From a bacterium (lineage in GTDB: Bacteria; Patescibacteriota; Dojkabacteria; SC72), in assembly GCA_021463465.1 (NCBI GenBank), contig JAJTYH010000003.1:275549-339548 (forward strand): a stretch of 64,000 nucleotides of DNA, given 5' to 3'. Below are positions 28,924-39,600 of this stretch, piece after piece. The notes under the pieces were generated by a model, which saw only the letters and a program-made list of their open reading frames with translations, did no database searches and was not told the DNA's origin. Numbering within the stretch: the first letter of the stretch is position 1; each line of letters begins with the position of its first letter. A program made the position numbers and the translations under genes.

Positions 28924-30267
28924 ATGACACCACGTTCTAAGAGATTACTTTTCCTAGCGTTCTCTTTTTTTCTGCTACTGTGGTACTTTTTACCTGAAAT
29001 CACATTAGTAACTAAAAGTATATTCATAAATAGGGCTAATACTTTAAGTGCTGAAATTAAGCCATTTGTGATGAGTCAAGGAGATAGGTATAAGATTGAA
29101 ATTGAAATTCCAGCTAATTTTAATCTTGACATTTCGCAATCTAAAATTGTACTCACAGGGTCGGAATATATTCTAAAAAGTGATATCGAAGATTACGTAT
29201 CTTTTCTGAGTCGTAATATTGTTCTAAACAGAGTGAGTATGGGACAAATGAATAGTCAGTTGGAAGAGGATAGGCTTAAGCTAGCCTTTGAGGATCAAAA
29301 CACTATTCCAAAAGGGTACTCACTGATTGCAGAGGTATACTTAGTTTCTAAGGATGGAAGGGTTGAATATTACCCCCAAGTTGTCAGCTTTGATCCTGAT
29401 TTTATTGAATACTTTGTATCACGGTTTTCGTATTTAATTCAGTACTACATATGGTTTATAGCCATCTTTGGCTTCACGTTAAGTAATAGCGTTTGGTCGA
29501 CAGTGTACGACTCTAAAAGCAAGAAGCCGCTTTCAGGGGCAATTGTCCGAGTTAGTTCAAAGGGCTCATTGTTACATACTGTAGTTACTGGTGTTTCTGG
29601 GGTAATAAACATGAAATTGAAAAAGGGTAAATACAAAATTCATGTAACAAAGGCTGGATATACTTTCCCAAGTAATCTTAAACCCCTTGCAAATGACGGC
29701 TACTACCAGAATCTCTACTACGGGAGTGACTTCCAAATGGGGTCAACTTCAAATATGAAACTAAACATTCCTCTTGATCAATTAGGTGTTCTGCGAGAAG
29801 TAAAGCTGGGAGATAAAGTAAGCTCTTTTGCTGTGTCAGTGGTTAGTGGATTGAGTCCTTTATTGCTTGTTTTTATCACCATCTCGCAAATTATTGTATG
29901 GCCAAATTATATTGATTCTTGGATTTTCGCTTCTGTAAGTGCGTTACTTTTATCATTAAGGTACATTCTAAATGCAGAAGGGAAAGTTTATCCAGGTAAG
30001 GTGGTAGATTTAAATGGTAAACCAGTCTCAAATGTCCAGATTGTAATTTATAATCGTGAATGGAATAAGGTGGTAGATAGGGTGATTAGTAATAGCGAAG
30101 GTGAGTATGAAGCCCTACTACTAAAAGATAAGTACTACGTTAAAATTGCTAATCCTGATTTAGAATTAGTCGGAGTGGGACCTGAGGGCAAACTTAAGGT
30201 GAAAGGCTTGCTTAAAGGTCAGATTCAATATATTAATGACAGACTGGTAGTCAGACCTAAAAGCTAA
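28924..30267 (+). CDS. Membrane protein with two CarboxypepD_reg/Cna-B-like domains flanking TM segments
   Basis: VYDSKSKKPLSGAIVRVSSKGSLLHTVVTGVSGVINMKLKKGKYKIHVTKAGYTF and VVDLNGKPVSNVQIVIYNR...GEYEALLLKDKYYVKIAN are paralogous to the C-terminus of the 23411-25228 product. Confidence 0.5.
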   Translation: MTPRSKRLLFLAFSFFLLLWYFLPEITLVTKSIFINRANTLSAEIKPFVMSQGDRYKIEIEIPANFNLDISQSKIVLTGSEYILKSDIEDYVSFLSRNIVLNRVSMGQMNSQLEEDRLKLAFEDQNTIPKGYSLIAEVYLVSKDGRVEYYPQVVSFDPDFIEYFVSRFSYLIQYYIWFIAIFGFTLSNSVWSTVYDSKSKKPLSGAIVRVSSKGSLLHTVVTGVSGVINMKLKKGKYKIHVTKAGYTFPSNLKPLANDGYYQNLYYGSDFQMGSTSNMKLNIPLDQLGVLREVKLGDKVSSFAVSVVSGLSPLLLVFITISQIIVWPNYIDSWIFASVSALLLSLRYILNAEGKVYPGKVVDLNGKPVSNVQIVIYNREWNKVVDRVISNSEGEYEALLLKDKYYVKIANPDLELVGVGPEGKLKVKGLLKGQIQYINDRLVVRPKS

Positions 30268-30428
30268 TTTTGACAAGACATTTTTAAGAGAATATAATCC
30301 TCTAATCATGAATATTATTTTGATTCATAGATTCGTTCCAAAGATGACTTACGTCCTTGATATATGGACAAGTGTCGGGGAGGAATCAGATTCAATGTAG
30401 TTTCAAAAAGAATACAAAGTAAATGATA

Positions 30429-30458
30429 CCTCCCAGAAAATGGGAGGTTTTTTGTTTT
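30429..30458 (+). terminator. Rho-independent terminator
   Basis: Hairpin CCTCCCA-gaaaa-TGGGAGG followed by TTTTTTGTTTT, downstream of the 28924-30267 gene. Confidence 0.6.
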
Positions 30459-30519
30459 AGCTACTCAAATTTATGAAAACTAATGTATGCGTATCACAAA
30501 GGGAAGGAGGTATATTGTA

Positions 30520-30600
30520 ATGAATGATGAAGAAGGTACAGTGGTTGTGACTCCAGGTCCAATTGACCCTGGTGACACATCCAACCCCGACCAATTCTAG
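30520..30600 (+). CDS. Candidate 26-codon small ORF (MNDEEGTVVVTPGPIDPGDTSNPDQF)
   Basis: A near-perfect Shine-Dalgarno GGAAGGAGGT lies 9 nt upstream of the ATG. The ORF sits in an otherwise non-coding 400-nt gap after the terminator and is below the 60-aa cutoff of the ORF track. Confidence 0.3.
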   Translation: MNDEEGTVVVTPGPIDPGDTSNPDQF

Positions 30601-30671
30601 ATAACGGGGTAATATAGCACTGTGCTAAAATCATCTAAGCGCTTAGATAAATAAATTTATGAAATATTTTA

Positions 30672-32003
30672 ATGGATGTGGAAAAGTATAAGTCATTGCT
30701 TAATGAGTATGTTAGCTTTCAGAGCATATCGACAGATCCGGATAAAAAGTCAGGCATAACTGATACAGTTAGTTGGCTGAAAAGTCTTTTTGAAATGAGT
30801 GGCTTTGAAGTGACCATACTCCAAAAAATGGGAATTAATCCTGTGGTTTTTGCAGAATACAAAAATAAAGATGCAATGGAAAGTGTTCTAGTGTATGGAC
30901 ACTACGATGTTCAACCAGCTTCTAAGGAAGACGGATGGGACTTTGAACCTTTTAAATTGATAGAAAAGAATGATCGACTATATGCTAGAGGAGTTGTAGA
31001 TAATAAGGGTCAAAATTTGATTCATATATTTACAGTTATAGAGCTCATTAAGCAAGGAAAACTCAAATATACTGTTAAGTTTCTTTTGGAGGGGGATGAA
31101 GAGACTGGTGGTGTCGAACAGATGCGTGAAATTATGATTGAAAATAAAGCAATTTTAGAGTCAGATTATGTAATTGTATCTGACGGTGAAATGGTTGCTG
31201 GAAAACCAGCAATTGAAGGCTCATATCGAGGTGGCTTTAATCTAACGGTAAAGTATCAAACTGCAAACAACAACGTTCATTCTGGTCTTTACGGAGGAGC
31301 TGTTCCGAACGCATTATTTGAACTTTCTAAGCTACTAGGTAAGTTATACGGTGAAGATAATCGAGTAGCTGTTGAAGGTTTTTACAACGGTGTTGACGAA
31401 ATTAATAAGACTGTATTAGAGAATAATAGGAAGCTTTCTGAAATGGGTCAGGAGCAAGCATTAGCTCATCCGGGCTTTAAACAGCTTCATGCTGAAGAAG
31501 GATTTGATTTTTATACCCAAACTGGGCTTAGACCTACTCTACAAATCACAGGTGTTAAAGGTGGGTATGTTGGCAATGGCTATTCAAATATTATCCCGGC
31601 GATGGTAGAAGCCAGGATTAACTTTCGATTAGTTGCTTCGCAAAGTCCAAATGAAGTTCTTAAGTTATTTAAAAAGTTTGTATCGGAGAACACTCCTGAA
31701 TATGTGAGTTATACAATTGAAGTGTCTGGCATGCATGACCCAGTTAAACTTCATACTAACAGTCCAATTTTCAAAAAAGTTAAAGACATTCTTAGGAGCT
31801 CATATGATAATGAAGTTTTTAATTATTATGTCGGAGGTGCTATCCCTTTTATTGCTAATGTGAAAGAGATTTTTGGAGTAGATACAATTTCAATTGGTCT
31901 CGCAAATGAGGATTGTAATATGCACGGTGCCAATGAGAACTTTGATATAAAACTAATTGAAAAGGGGTTGAAATTTTCAAAGAAGTTTTTTAGTCTAGAT
32001 TGA
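30672..32003 (+). CDS. M20-family metallopeptidase (dipeptidase / DapE-ArgE-like)
   Basis: VLVYGHYDVQPA...DGW..EPF, GVVDNKGQ and LLEGDEETGG match the M20 metal-ligand regions. Confidence 0.8.
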   Translation: MDVEKYKSLLNEYVSFQSISTDPDKKSGITDTVSWLKSLFEMSGFEVTILQKMGINPVVFAEYKNKDAMESVLVYGHYDVQPASKEDGWDFEPFKLIEKNDRLYARGVVDNKGQNLIHIFTVIELIKQGKLKYTVKFLLEGDEETGGVEQMREIMIENKAILESDYVIVSDGEMVAGKPAIEGSYRGGFNLTVKYQTANNNVHSGLYGGAVPNALFELSKLLGKLYGEDNRVAVEGFYNGVDEINKTVLENNRKLSEMGQEQALAHPGFKQLHAEEGFDFYTQTGLRPTLQITGVKGGYVGNGYSNIIPAMVEARINFRLVASQSPNEVLKLFKKFVSENTPEYVSYTIEVSGMHDPVKLHTNSPIFKKVKDILRSSYDNEVFNYYVGGAIPFIANVKEIFGVDTISIGLANEDCNMHGANENFDIKLIEKGLKFSKKFFSLD

Positions 32004-32061
32004 AGTAACAAAAGTAAGTTTTTTAAGATATAATGTACTAATTAGCTATTAAGATAGCATT

Positions 32062-33615
32062 ATGGACAAGGCAAAAGCTGAAAATATCAATTCAGAAATC
32101 GCTCAAAACGAGAGCCCTTTAGATGTACAATCAATTATTACAGAGGAAGTTGTACGCGCTTACCCTGAGTCAAACGATATTGCTGATTTGACACAATTCT
32201 ACTCAAAAGTAGGTGAGCTTTTGGAAACAGGGGAAACGATTTTTTCAAAGGATCAAGGTAGAGAGTGGAAGCTTATGAGAGCCATTGTTCATAGCGGTAG
32301 AGAAGCGTTAAGAAACGAATCAACTCACTTTCATGTTGAAAATATGCTAAGAGGGGTTTTTACACCTGAAGAAGTAAATAAGTATTTGGACAATGAAATT
32401 AATCAGCTCGTAACGCCACTAGGAATAATTGTGTTTTCTGAAGATGGCCGTATGGAGTTAAAACCTGGTAATTTCAGAGAATCAGTCGCTTCTAATGATG
32501 GAGTGATATTTAGCATTTTACCTGTTGAAGAAGATTTAGCTCCTAATGTGCAACCAGTATCAATGCGGTCACATGTCGGAGGTCAACCCCCTGTGCGGAG
32601 TGTAGGTAAACAAAGAAGGGACATTAGGTCTTCGCCTGCGGCGGTTCTAAGTTCGTTTGCTTTGATGCTGGGTAGTATCACCAGCTTAAATCAAGCTGTG
32701 AATGCAATCCCAGTTCATCAATCAAGGGGTGAAGCTATTAAAAATGTAATAACAGTCAGTCCATTAGAACAAAAGCCAAGTGATACTGTTAAAATTGTTA
32801 GAAGGTACGAGGGTGGTATAAGAAAAGATTCCAAAGAGGAGATAGATTTAGGTGGTATCAATTTTATGAGTCCAGAACCTTTAACGATAAAGGAAAAGCG
32901 TAATTTAGTACAGCTTCAAGCAGATCTAGAGTGCCCAAGGAATGTAGTACCACTTCCCGCAGGTGTAATTGAGGTACCAAATATGCCTCAAGGAACGTCT
33001 GCCTGTGTTTTCCTTAATCCTATTATTGATGAAGAGGGAGTGATTATTGGGCACGAACCTAATAGTGGCCGGCTCATTGTACATATAGACGATGGTAGCT
33101 CCTTAGATGTTTTCAACGTATGCAAGTCGAGAGTCTTAAACGATGAAGATTTAACAGGCCGTTGTGTTAGACAGTTTGAACTTGGTACAAAGGATAAACT
33201 TATTGCAATGCAATACGCTTCTGGTCCAACGAAAATAGTTTTGAAATTTGAAAATCGAATACTGAAACTGAAAGAAGGTGGATTTTTCGGCGAAGATAAA
33301 GGGGTTGATATTGAGGAGCTTGTCGAAGGGATAAGGACAGTTGGTTCATTAACTGATGAGCAACGAAATCAAATTTTATCTACACCAACACCTATCTTAA
33401 CCCCTAAGCCTACAAAAACACCAAAAGTTTTTGCAACTGAAGTAGATGAATTAGACGATCCATCTCTTTCGGCTGAAGAGAGGGCTGAGATAATTAGGAT
33501 TAGGCAAGAAAAAAAAGATAAAGCCAACAGCTTTTGGCTTGGCACTGCAATTACTATCTTTGCACTTCTTGGGGTAGGTACAGCTGTCTATAACTCTCGT
33601 CACCAAGTAGGGTAA
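32062..33615 (+). CDS. Hypothetical protein with a single C-terminal TM anchor (tail-anchored)
   Basis: 517 aa, soluble and charged, ending in FWLGTAITIFALLGVGTAVY. First gene of the surface-protein locus. Confidence 0.5.
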   Translation: MDKAKAENINSEIAQNESPLDVQSIITEEVVRAYPESNDIADLTQFYSKVGELLETGETIFSKDQGREWKLMRAIVHSGREALRNESTHFHVENMLRGVFTPEEVNKYLDNEINQLVTPLGIIVFSEDGRMELKPGNFRESVASNDGVIFSILPVEEDLAPNVQPVSMRSHVGGQPPVRSVGKQRRDIRSSPAAVLSSFALMLGSITSLNQAVNAIPVHQSRGEAIKNVITVSPLEQKPSDTVKIVRRYEGGIRKDSKEEIDLGGINFMSPEPLTIKEKRNLVQLQADLECPRNVVPLPAGVIEVPNMPQGTSACVFLNPIIDEEGVIIGHEPNSGRLIVHIDDGSSLDVFNVCKSRVLNDEDLTGRCVRQFELGTKDKLIAMQYASGPTKIVLKFENRILKLKEGGFFGEDKGVDIEELVEGIRTVGSLTDEQRNQILSTPTPILTPKPTKTPKVFATEVDELDDPSLSAEERAEIIRIRQEKKDKANSFWLGTAITIFALLGVGTAVYNSRHQVG

Positions 33616-33674
33616 AGGACAAGTCACTGCCACTACGAAAATCTTCTTTTTTTTGGTATTGTAATTGTGAAATT

Positions 33675-36600
33675 ATGATGTCGTGGAGAACAAAAAGAAG
33701 GTTAATGCGTCTATGGGTCGCACTGCAATCTACCTTATCAATGAATGGGTATAATCAACGCCGCAAATTTCCCCAGAATCGCTTAGGTATCCAGTCAAAT
33801 ATACGAGTTGTTGGTAAAACTTTAAAGTTTGGTACAGCTATAGTGCTTGCTATCTTGATTAGCACTTTTCTGTTTAGAATTGTTAGCGCCGAAATCCTTT
33901 TAACTAACGAACGTAATCGACTTGAGTTTAAATCAAAAAGTAACAGTTTCCTTTTTGATCAAATTCCTATTGTGGAAATAAAGGATACAAGATACGTATT
34001 AGGAAGTATTAAGAATGTACTAGGTGCAACTACTCAAAACATAAATGAAGGAACAAGCGTAAAACTTATTGATCCAATTGGAAATCAAGTAAGCGGTGCT
34101 ACTATCTTTAATGTTTTGGGAAATAAATATCAGGTCAAAGTACCTGAAAACGTAGATTTTGTCCCAGGTAAATATCGTCTTTTGATTGACTCTCAAGGTA
34201 GGCATGTTGAGAAGGACTTTACCTGGGGAGTTTTAGCCGTCAATACAAATAAAAGTGTTTTCACACTCGGAGAAAATGTGTTTTTGCAATTGGCCTCATT
34301 AGACGAAAAGGGTCATACACTTTGTAACTCCAATCTAAAATTAAAGATAACCTCTCCAAATGGTGGAGTTGAATACACTGAAGTTCGTAAGAGCGGCGAT
34401 TGTTTTGATGATAACGTTACACTTAAGGCAGATTATTATAGTAACTTCGAACCAACCCAGATAGGATCCTATGTTATTCAATTAACAAATTCAGACTTAG
34501 GCTATACTATTTCAGATTCATTTAGAGTGGAAAAGTCTGTACCATTTATTATTGAGCGGTTTGGTCCAACTCGTATCTTTCCTAAGTCAGATTACAAGAT
34601 GAAGATATTCGTAACAGCGAATACTGATTACGTTGGAAAGGTAGAGGAGCTGGTCCCGAGTTCTTTTAAGGTTAATCAAAAAACAATGGAAGGTCTAAAT
34701 GGTAAGTTGTTAACTTGGGATGTTAACCTTAAAAAAGGTGAATCTAAAAGCGTAGAGTATATTTTTGACGCTCCAGATATCTCACCCGAACTTTATGTAA
34801 TCGGTCCGTTGAGAATAGGGGAATTTTCTGAATATAGAACATGGAAAGTTGCTTCGGATATTGTCGCAACATTGACTGATACTTATTTGCAAACAGGTAC
34901 TTGGGTTGCACCAGATGGTGTGACAAGTGCAAGTGTTGAGGTTTGGGGAGGTGGCGGAGCTGGTGGTGGTGCAACAGGGAACCCAGCTGCGGGGGGAGGA
35001 GGTGCTGGTGGTACATACGCTAAAAAAGCTAACTTTTCGGTTACTGCTGGAAATTCGTATACAACAACAGTAGGAGCAGCTAAAACTGCAACAACGACTA
35101 GCAGCGCTTCTACAAATACTGGAAATGTATCTTGGTTTAGTTCGAATGATACTAATGGAGTAGTAGGTGAAGGTGGTCCTGGAGGCGCTCCAGTTTCAGC
35201 TAATAGTTCAAACGGAAACGGTGGTACTGGTAGTACAGCAAATAGCTTTGGTGATGGAGGGTCAGTTTTTGCAGGTGGAAATGCATCAAATGGTAACTTT
35301 ACATCGGGCACACCGGGAGGTGCTGGTGGAGGAGGAGCAGGGAGTAGTGGAGTTGGTGGTAATGCATCCGCAGGAACTGGAGGAACTGGTTCAAGCACTG
35401 GTGGTGGAAATGGAGCCAATGGTGTAGCTAATAGTACTGCCGGCGCGGCAGGTACAACTTACGGTGGAGGTGGGTCTGGTGGAAAGGCTAATAGTACGAC
35501 TGATAGGGCAGGTGGTACAGGTGCAGCGGGAGCAGTTGCTGTTACATATTCAGCAGATTTCCCAAAAGTGGAAGCTACATCTACTGGCCGTGACTCCACT
35601 GATGCGACAAGCCATACGATTACAATGCCATCTGGAATAAATGTTGGGGAACTACTTATTATCGTATTTTCAGTTGATGGCAATCCTACTGTAACAATTG
35701 GCTCTGGTAACTGGACTAAATTGGGTCAGGCAAGCAATGGTACTACAGTTACTCAAGCCATATTTTATAAAGTAGCTGAGGGTAGCGATACGGCAACTGT
35801 GTCTACATCCTCAACCCAAGAAGCCTCTCATATTGTGTATAGGATTAGTGGTGCTGGTGATACAATTAGCGGTACATCTGCAAATGGTAGTAGTACAAAC
35901 TCAAATCCTCCAAACCACAATCCTGGTACCACCAATAATTACTTATGGATTGCTACTCGAGGTGGTGATGCTCAGGTTGTAGCTTCAGTTCCACCAACGA
36001 ATTTCGCCAATTATAAAAGTATTGGAGCACAAAATTCGACAGGTGCATCATCAAATACCTCAACTAGAGTACATCAGGCATCGAGTTTAGACCCAGGTAC
36101 GTGGACAAGTACGACTGAACAGTGGGTAAGTTATACGATATCCGTTCCGCCTCCAGTAACCTTAAGCGGAGCAGTTTACACAGATGAAATAGGGACAAAT
36201 ATTGGAGCAAATAAAACCGTCGATATACGGATTAATGGTACAGGATCGTATACCGATGAAACAGACAATAGCGGAGCCTGGACTATAAATGTGCCATCAA
36301 TAGCATCAGGGGCTGTAATTACTGCATATCTTGATGACGAAACAGAAGAAGGTACCATCGTTATGGTCTCTGATGGTACATCAAAAAGTGATATCCATAT
36401 AGTACAAAATAGGGTTTTTGTTAGGCATGATACTGGATCTTCCATTACACCTGACAATCTATTTAGTGGAGATGATGGAGATGATGATGTTAAGTACTCT
36501 GTTTCAGCTTCTTCGAATGGCAATTTAACAGTCGACTCTGGATTTGAGTTACATGTTTGGCCTGGTGATACTTTTGATGCAAGTGGTGGTAGCATTACTC

Positions 36601-39600
36601 TTCAGGGTGGAGCAAATCTGCATGTTGACGATACTGCTTCGGTTTACTTAGACACGAGTACAAACACTATTGCTGGTGATGCACTGATTGATGGAAGTGC
36701 TACATTGCGAATCAATGCAAATACGGATATCAATGGAGGTGACATAACAACTAGTGGTACTAATGCTAATGTTACAACCACGTCAGGTTCGCCCACTGTT
36801 ACGATTTCAGGAACAGGGAGTATTGGTGGTGGAACGACTCCGTCTTTTACATTTCATAACTTGAATACATCCGGCACAGGTACGACAACCCTCTCAAATG
36901 CTGTTACGGCAAATAACGATGTTACAGTTGGGAGTGGTACAACGCTTAGAATTAATTCAAATTTGAATGTTAATGGTGGAGATTTAGTAAATACAACTAC
37001 CGGAATTATTGATTACACTTCTGGAACGCCAACAGTCACTCTAACTGGCGCAGGAACTCTTGGTGGTGGGTCTGGTGGAATATCTATTTACAATTTAACT
37101 ACGAATGGGAGTAGTAACAGTACAACGCTTGCAACAAATAATATTGTAATCTCAAATGCTTTAAACGTTGGTACTTCTCATACTTTTGCTATGAGCACAA
37201 ATTCTCTAACAATAGGTTCTACTTCGATAAGTGATTCTGGAGATATTACAATGGCGACTGGGAGTTCTACCTCTCAATCAGCTTCAGGTACAGTAACAAT
37301 TTTAGGGTCTAGTAATGCCGCTGATTGGGCTGGTCCTGGGATATTCACCGCATACAACCTTACAATTGGTAACGGTAGTAATACATTATCTGTGGACAAT
37401 GAAACTGCTGATTTATCAATTGATGTTAATAATGATTTTAATATAACGGCAAATGCCACATTTAGTGCATCATCAAGTTCTTCTTTTACAGTTGGAAATA
37501 GTTATAGTAACTCAGGTACATTTACCGCAAATAGTGGTTTAGTAACGATGGACGCAGGAGATAGTGGGAACACACTCTCAGGATCTATGACCGGCAGTAG
37601 TACTTTCTATAATCTCAGGTTTAATAATAGTGCTGGATCCTGGACGTTTTCAAACAATGCAGATGTAGGTAATGACTTTACAATTACCGATGCAACGGCA
37701 GTAAATGCCCCTTCATCTTTAAGTGTTGCCAGAAATTTTACTGGTAGTAGTGCATTCACCCCGGGCAGTGGAACGGTAACACTTAGTGGCGCAGGTGGTA
37801 CCACACAAACATTGTCGGGCAATACGACTTTTTATAATCTAACTGCTAACGCCAGTTCCTCAAGAATAATTCAATTTACAGCAAGCTCAACAAACACGAT
37901 TAACAATAACTTAACACTAACAGGAACAAATTGTGATGCACTTATGCTTTTAAGGTCTACATCTAAGGGTACTGTTTGGAACATTGATGATAACACTGGT
38001 GGGACAACAACTGTAAGTAATGTTGATGTTCAAGACTCAACTGCAACAGACCAAGCAGTGACTGCGACATCGTCAAATAATTCTGGAAATAATGGCAATT
38101 GGACAATTGCGGCTTCGGCTTGTGAAGGGGGGAGCACCTCAATCACTCCTGTTTCGTATGGATTTCAGAGGAAAACTTTCTTTGATGATACAAATGATGT
38201 TTATTGGATGCTTTACCATGATGGTGATGAGATTGAGGTCAGATACTCAAGTGATACAGGAACAACATGGAATCTTCCTTCAACTTCAAGTAGTGCACAT
38301 CTTGCATATGATACAAGTGACTTTTCAGTATGGAATAAAACAATTAGCTCTACAGAGTATATATTTTTAGCACTAAAAGACGGCTTTGATATAAAAGTAT
38401 TGGTAGGTACTCTTTCCGCCTCAAATGTCACGTGGGATAATGATATCGATACCGTATTTGACGGTACTAGTAGTGGTGATACATTTTCATATCCGTACGT
38501 ATCGTTAGACTCTTCAAACTATGTTTGGGTGGGCGCAAGGTATTATGATGGGACCAATTACGTTTATCGTACATCTGATAGCAACGCTATCGGTAGTACC
38601 GACTTGTCATCGGTAGGTTGGAATCCATTCAAGCAGGTTATCAATAATCAAACAAATTCTAATGTCTATGGGAATATTGTTCCGCTTGCTTCTCAAGCTA
38701 TGTATTTAACAGTTGCAGTTGGAACCGCACTTCGTGGGTGTATTTGGGATGACAGTGCAAATGATTGGGTCGATTCAAATGATGTTAGTTGTACTACAGA
38801 ATCTGAGGAGTACTACTCAACACTAAATAATGGACTTATTTCATATTGGAGGATGGATGAGACCAGCTGGAATGGGACTAGTAATGAAGTTGTTGATTCA
38901 TCTGGTAATGGATTACATGGAGTTAGAGTAGGTGATGCTACGACAGAAAATAGTGGATTTTTAAGGTCAGGAACATTTGATGGATCTGGTGACTATATTG
39001 ACGCAGGCTCGCCAGCATCTCTTGATGATTTACCTAACAGTGATTTTACAGTCTCATTTTGGCATAAGTATAGTGAGACAGGTTCAGCAAATTTCCCAGT
39101 TTTTGTCGGTAAACGTAATTACTTGGGAAGTTATGGGTGGAATATAAGCACAGAAAAAACAAATAAGTATGTTAAATTAAACGTTTTGTATCCGGGTGGT
39201 ACTGATGCTCAATTTACAACCGATGACGATGCTTTTGCCGATGGTGTATGGTCACAGGTTACAGTCACATGGGATGCTTCAACGAAAACAGGTGAAATCT
39301 TTATCAATGGAATACAACCAAGTATGTATAACGAGGTTTCAGGCAGCGGGACCTACACCTCAGATGCATCTGAAATACTAAGGGTAGGACATGATAATGT
39401 GGGATCCCCATATAAAGGGAATTTAGATGAATTCAGAATATATGATAGGGTTTTGAGTACAAGCGAAATTTCGCAACTATATCAATATTATCCAGGCCCA
39501 ATTAATATTGATAATTCTTCTGACTTTGGTTCAATGCCCGGAGCGGGGAGGCAGATAATCAGGGCTGGTGATGGTGATATATACGCTTTTGTAAATGATG

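Noticed and set aside
34883-35427. Pro-rich 178-aa minus-strand ORF and an 86-aa plus-frame ORF inside the giant gene
   Set aside because: They are artefacts of the GGN-rich Gly-coding block (the antisense of GGN is NCC, Pro). They are embedded in the uninterrupted 3085-aa reading frame.
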